This document shows, piece after piece, positions 63,610-64,000 of a DNA stretch of 64,000 bases. Every line of letters starts with the position of its first letter. The stretch's first letter is position 1. The stretch covers positions 50,045,413-50,109,412 of the forward strand of contig NC_068996.1 of the NCBI RefSeq assembly GCF_001194135.2. The letters are read 5' to 3'. The DNA is from Octopus bimaculoides (taxonomy: Eukaryota). The notes beneath the pieces are model-generated. The model was not told where the DNA came from. It saw nothing but the letters and a program-made list of their open reading frames with translations, and did no database searches. The position numbers were made by a program, and so were the translations under genes.

Positions 63610-64000
63610 CAAAACGGGGGCACCAGTTTTCATTTATGTTTTACGTAGTGTTTTTGGTACCGAAAGACTTTCAAACTTTGTATACTTATCTATTTTGTGT
63701 TATAGAACAGAAAAAAAATTTTTGTATTCGGATTTATTTCATGTAAAAAATTGTCTTATTTCGATAATTTCTACTAATCACTGACGTCTATTCAGTTGAA
63801 AACAGTTAGCGCTGTAACGGTGTATATCGTATTAATCCCCTAACCCTAACCCTAACTAGACTGTTAACCCTAACCCTAACTCTAAAATTGTTACACACAT
63901 AGACACGCACAGCGTAATTTATTATATAAACAATATATGCGTATAAATTACGATTAAACCGGATGAAATATGTCACAGAGAATAACATTTTTATGACCAC
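63610..64000. mobile_element. Second, partial copy of the 58448-59399 family, running off the window
   Basis: About 190 bp of subterminal sequence and the downstream aaaattgttacacac...atttttatgacc block are shared with the first copy; CCCTAA repeats lie between them. Confidence 0.8.

Overview
AT-rich, repeat-dense animal genomic DNA with scaffold gaps. The SINE/RTE/microsatellite make-up points to a coleoid cephalopod, probably Octopus (inference). The window is dominated by one minus-strand gene, a cramped/CRAMP1 (CRAMP1L) chromatin-regulator orthologue. I traced 17 coding exons by hand from ATG 53341 to stop 9298, about 1098 codons visible. Splice phases chain correctly except between 41020 and 37342, where conserved coding sequence is missing and probably lies in the N gap at 38467-38850. 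The rest is intronic or intergenic transposon material: SINE families, RTE/CR1/Penelope retroelement remnants, Tc1/mariner/maT remnants and several MITEs. No prokaryotic-type system (operon, CRISPR) is present. The most unusual items are a GG-ended, 8-bp-TSD (Merlin-like) element carrying a fold-back TTAGGG/CCCTAA array, a sharp CpG-depletion boundary in intron 2, near-identical inverted repeats bracketing a frame-preserving three-exon block, and an RTE remnant with an inverted 5' segment.
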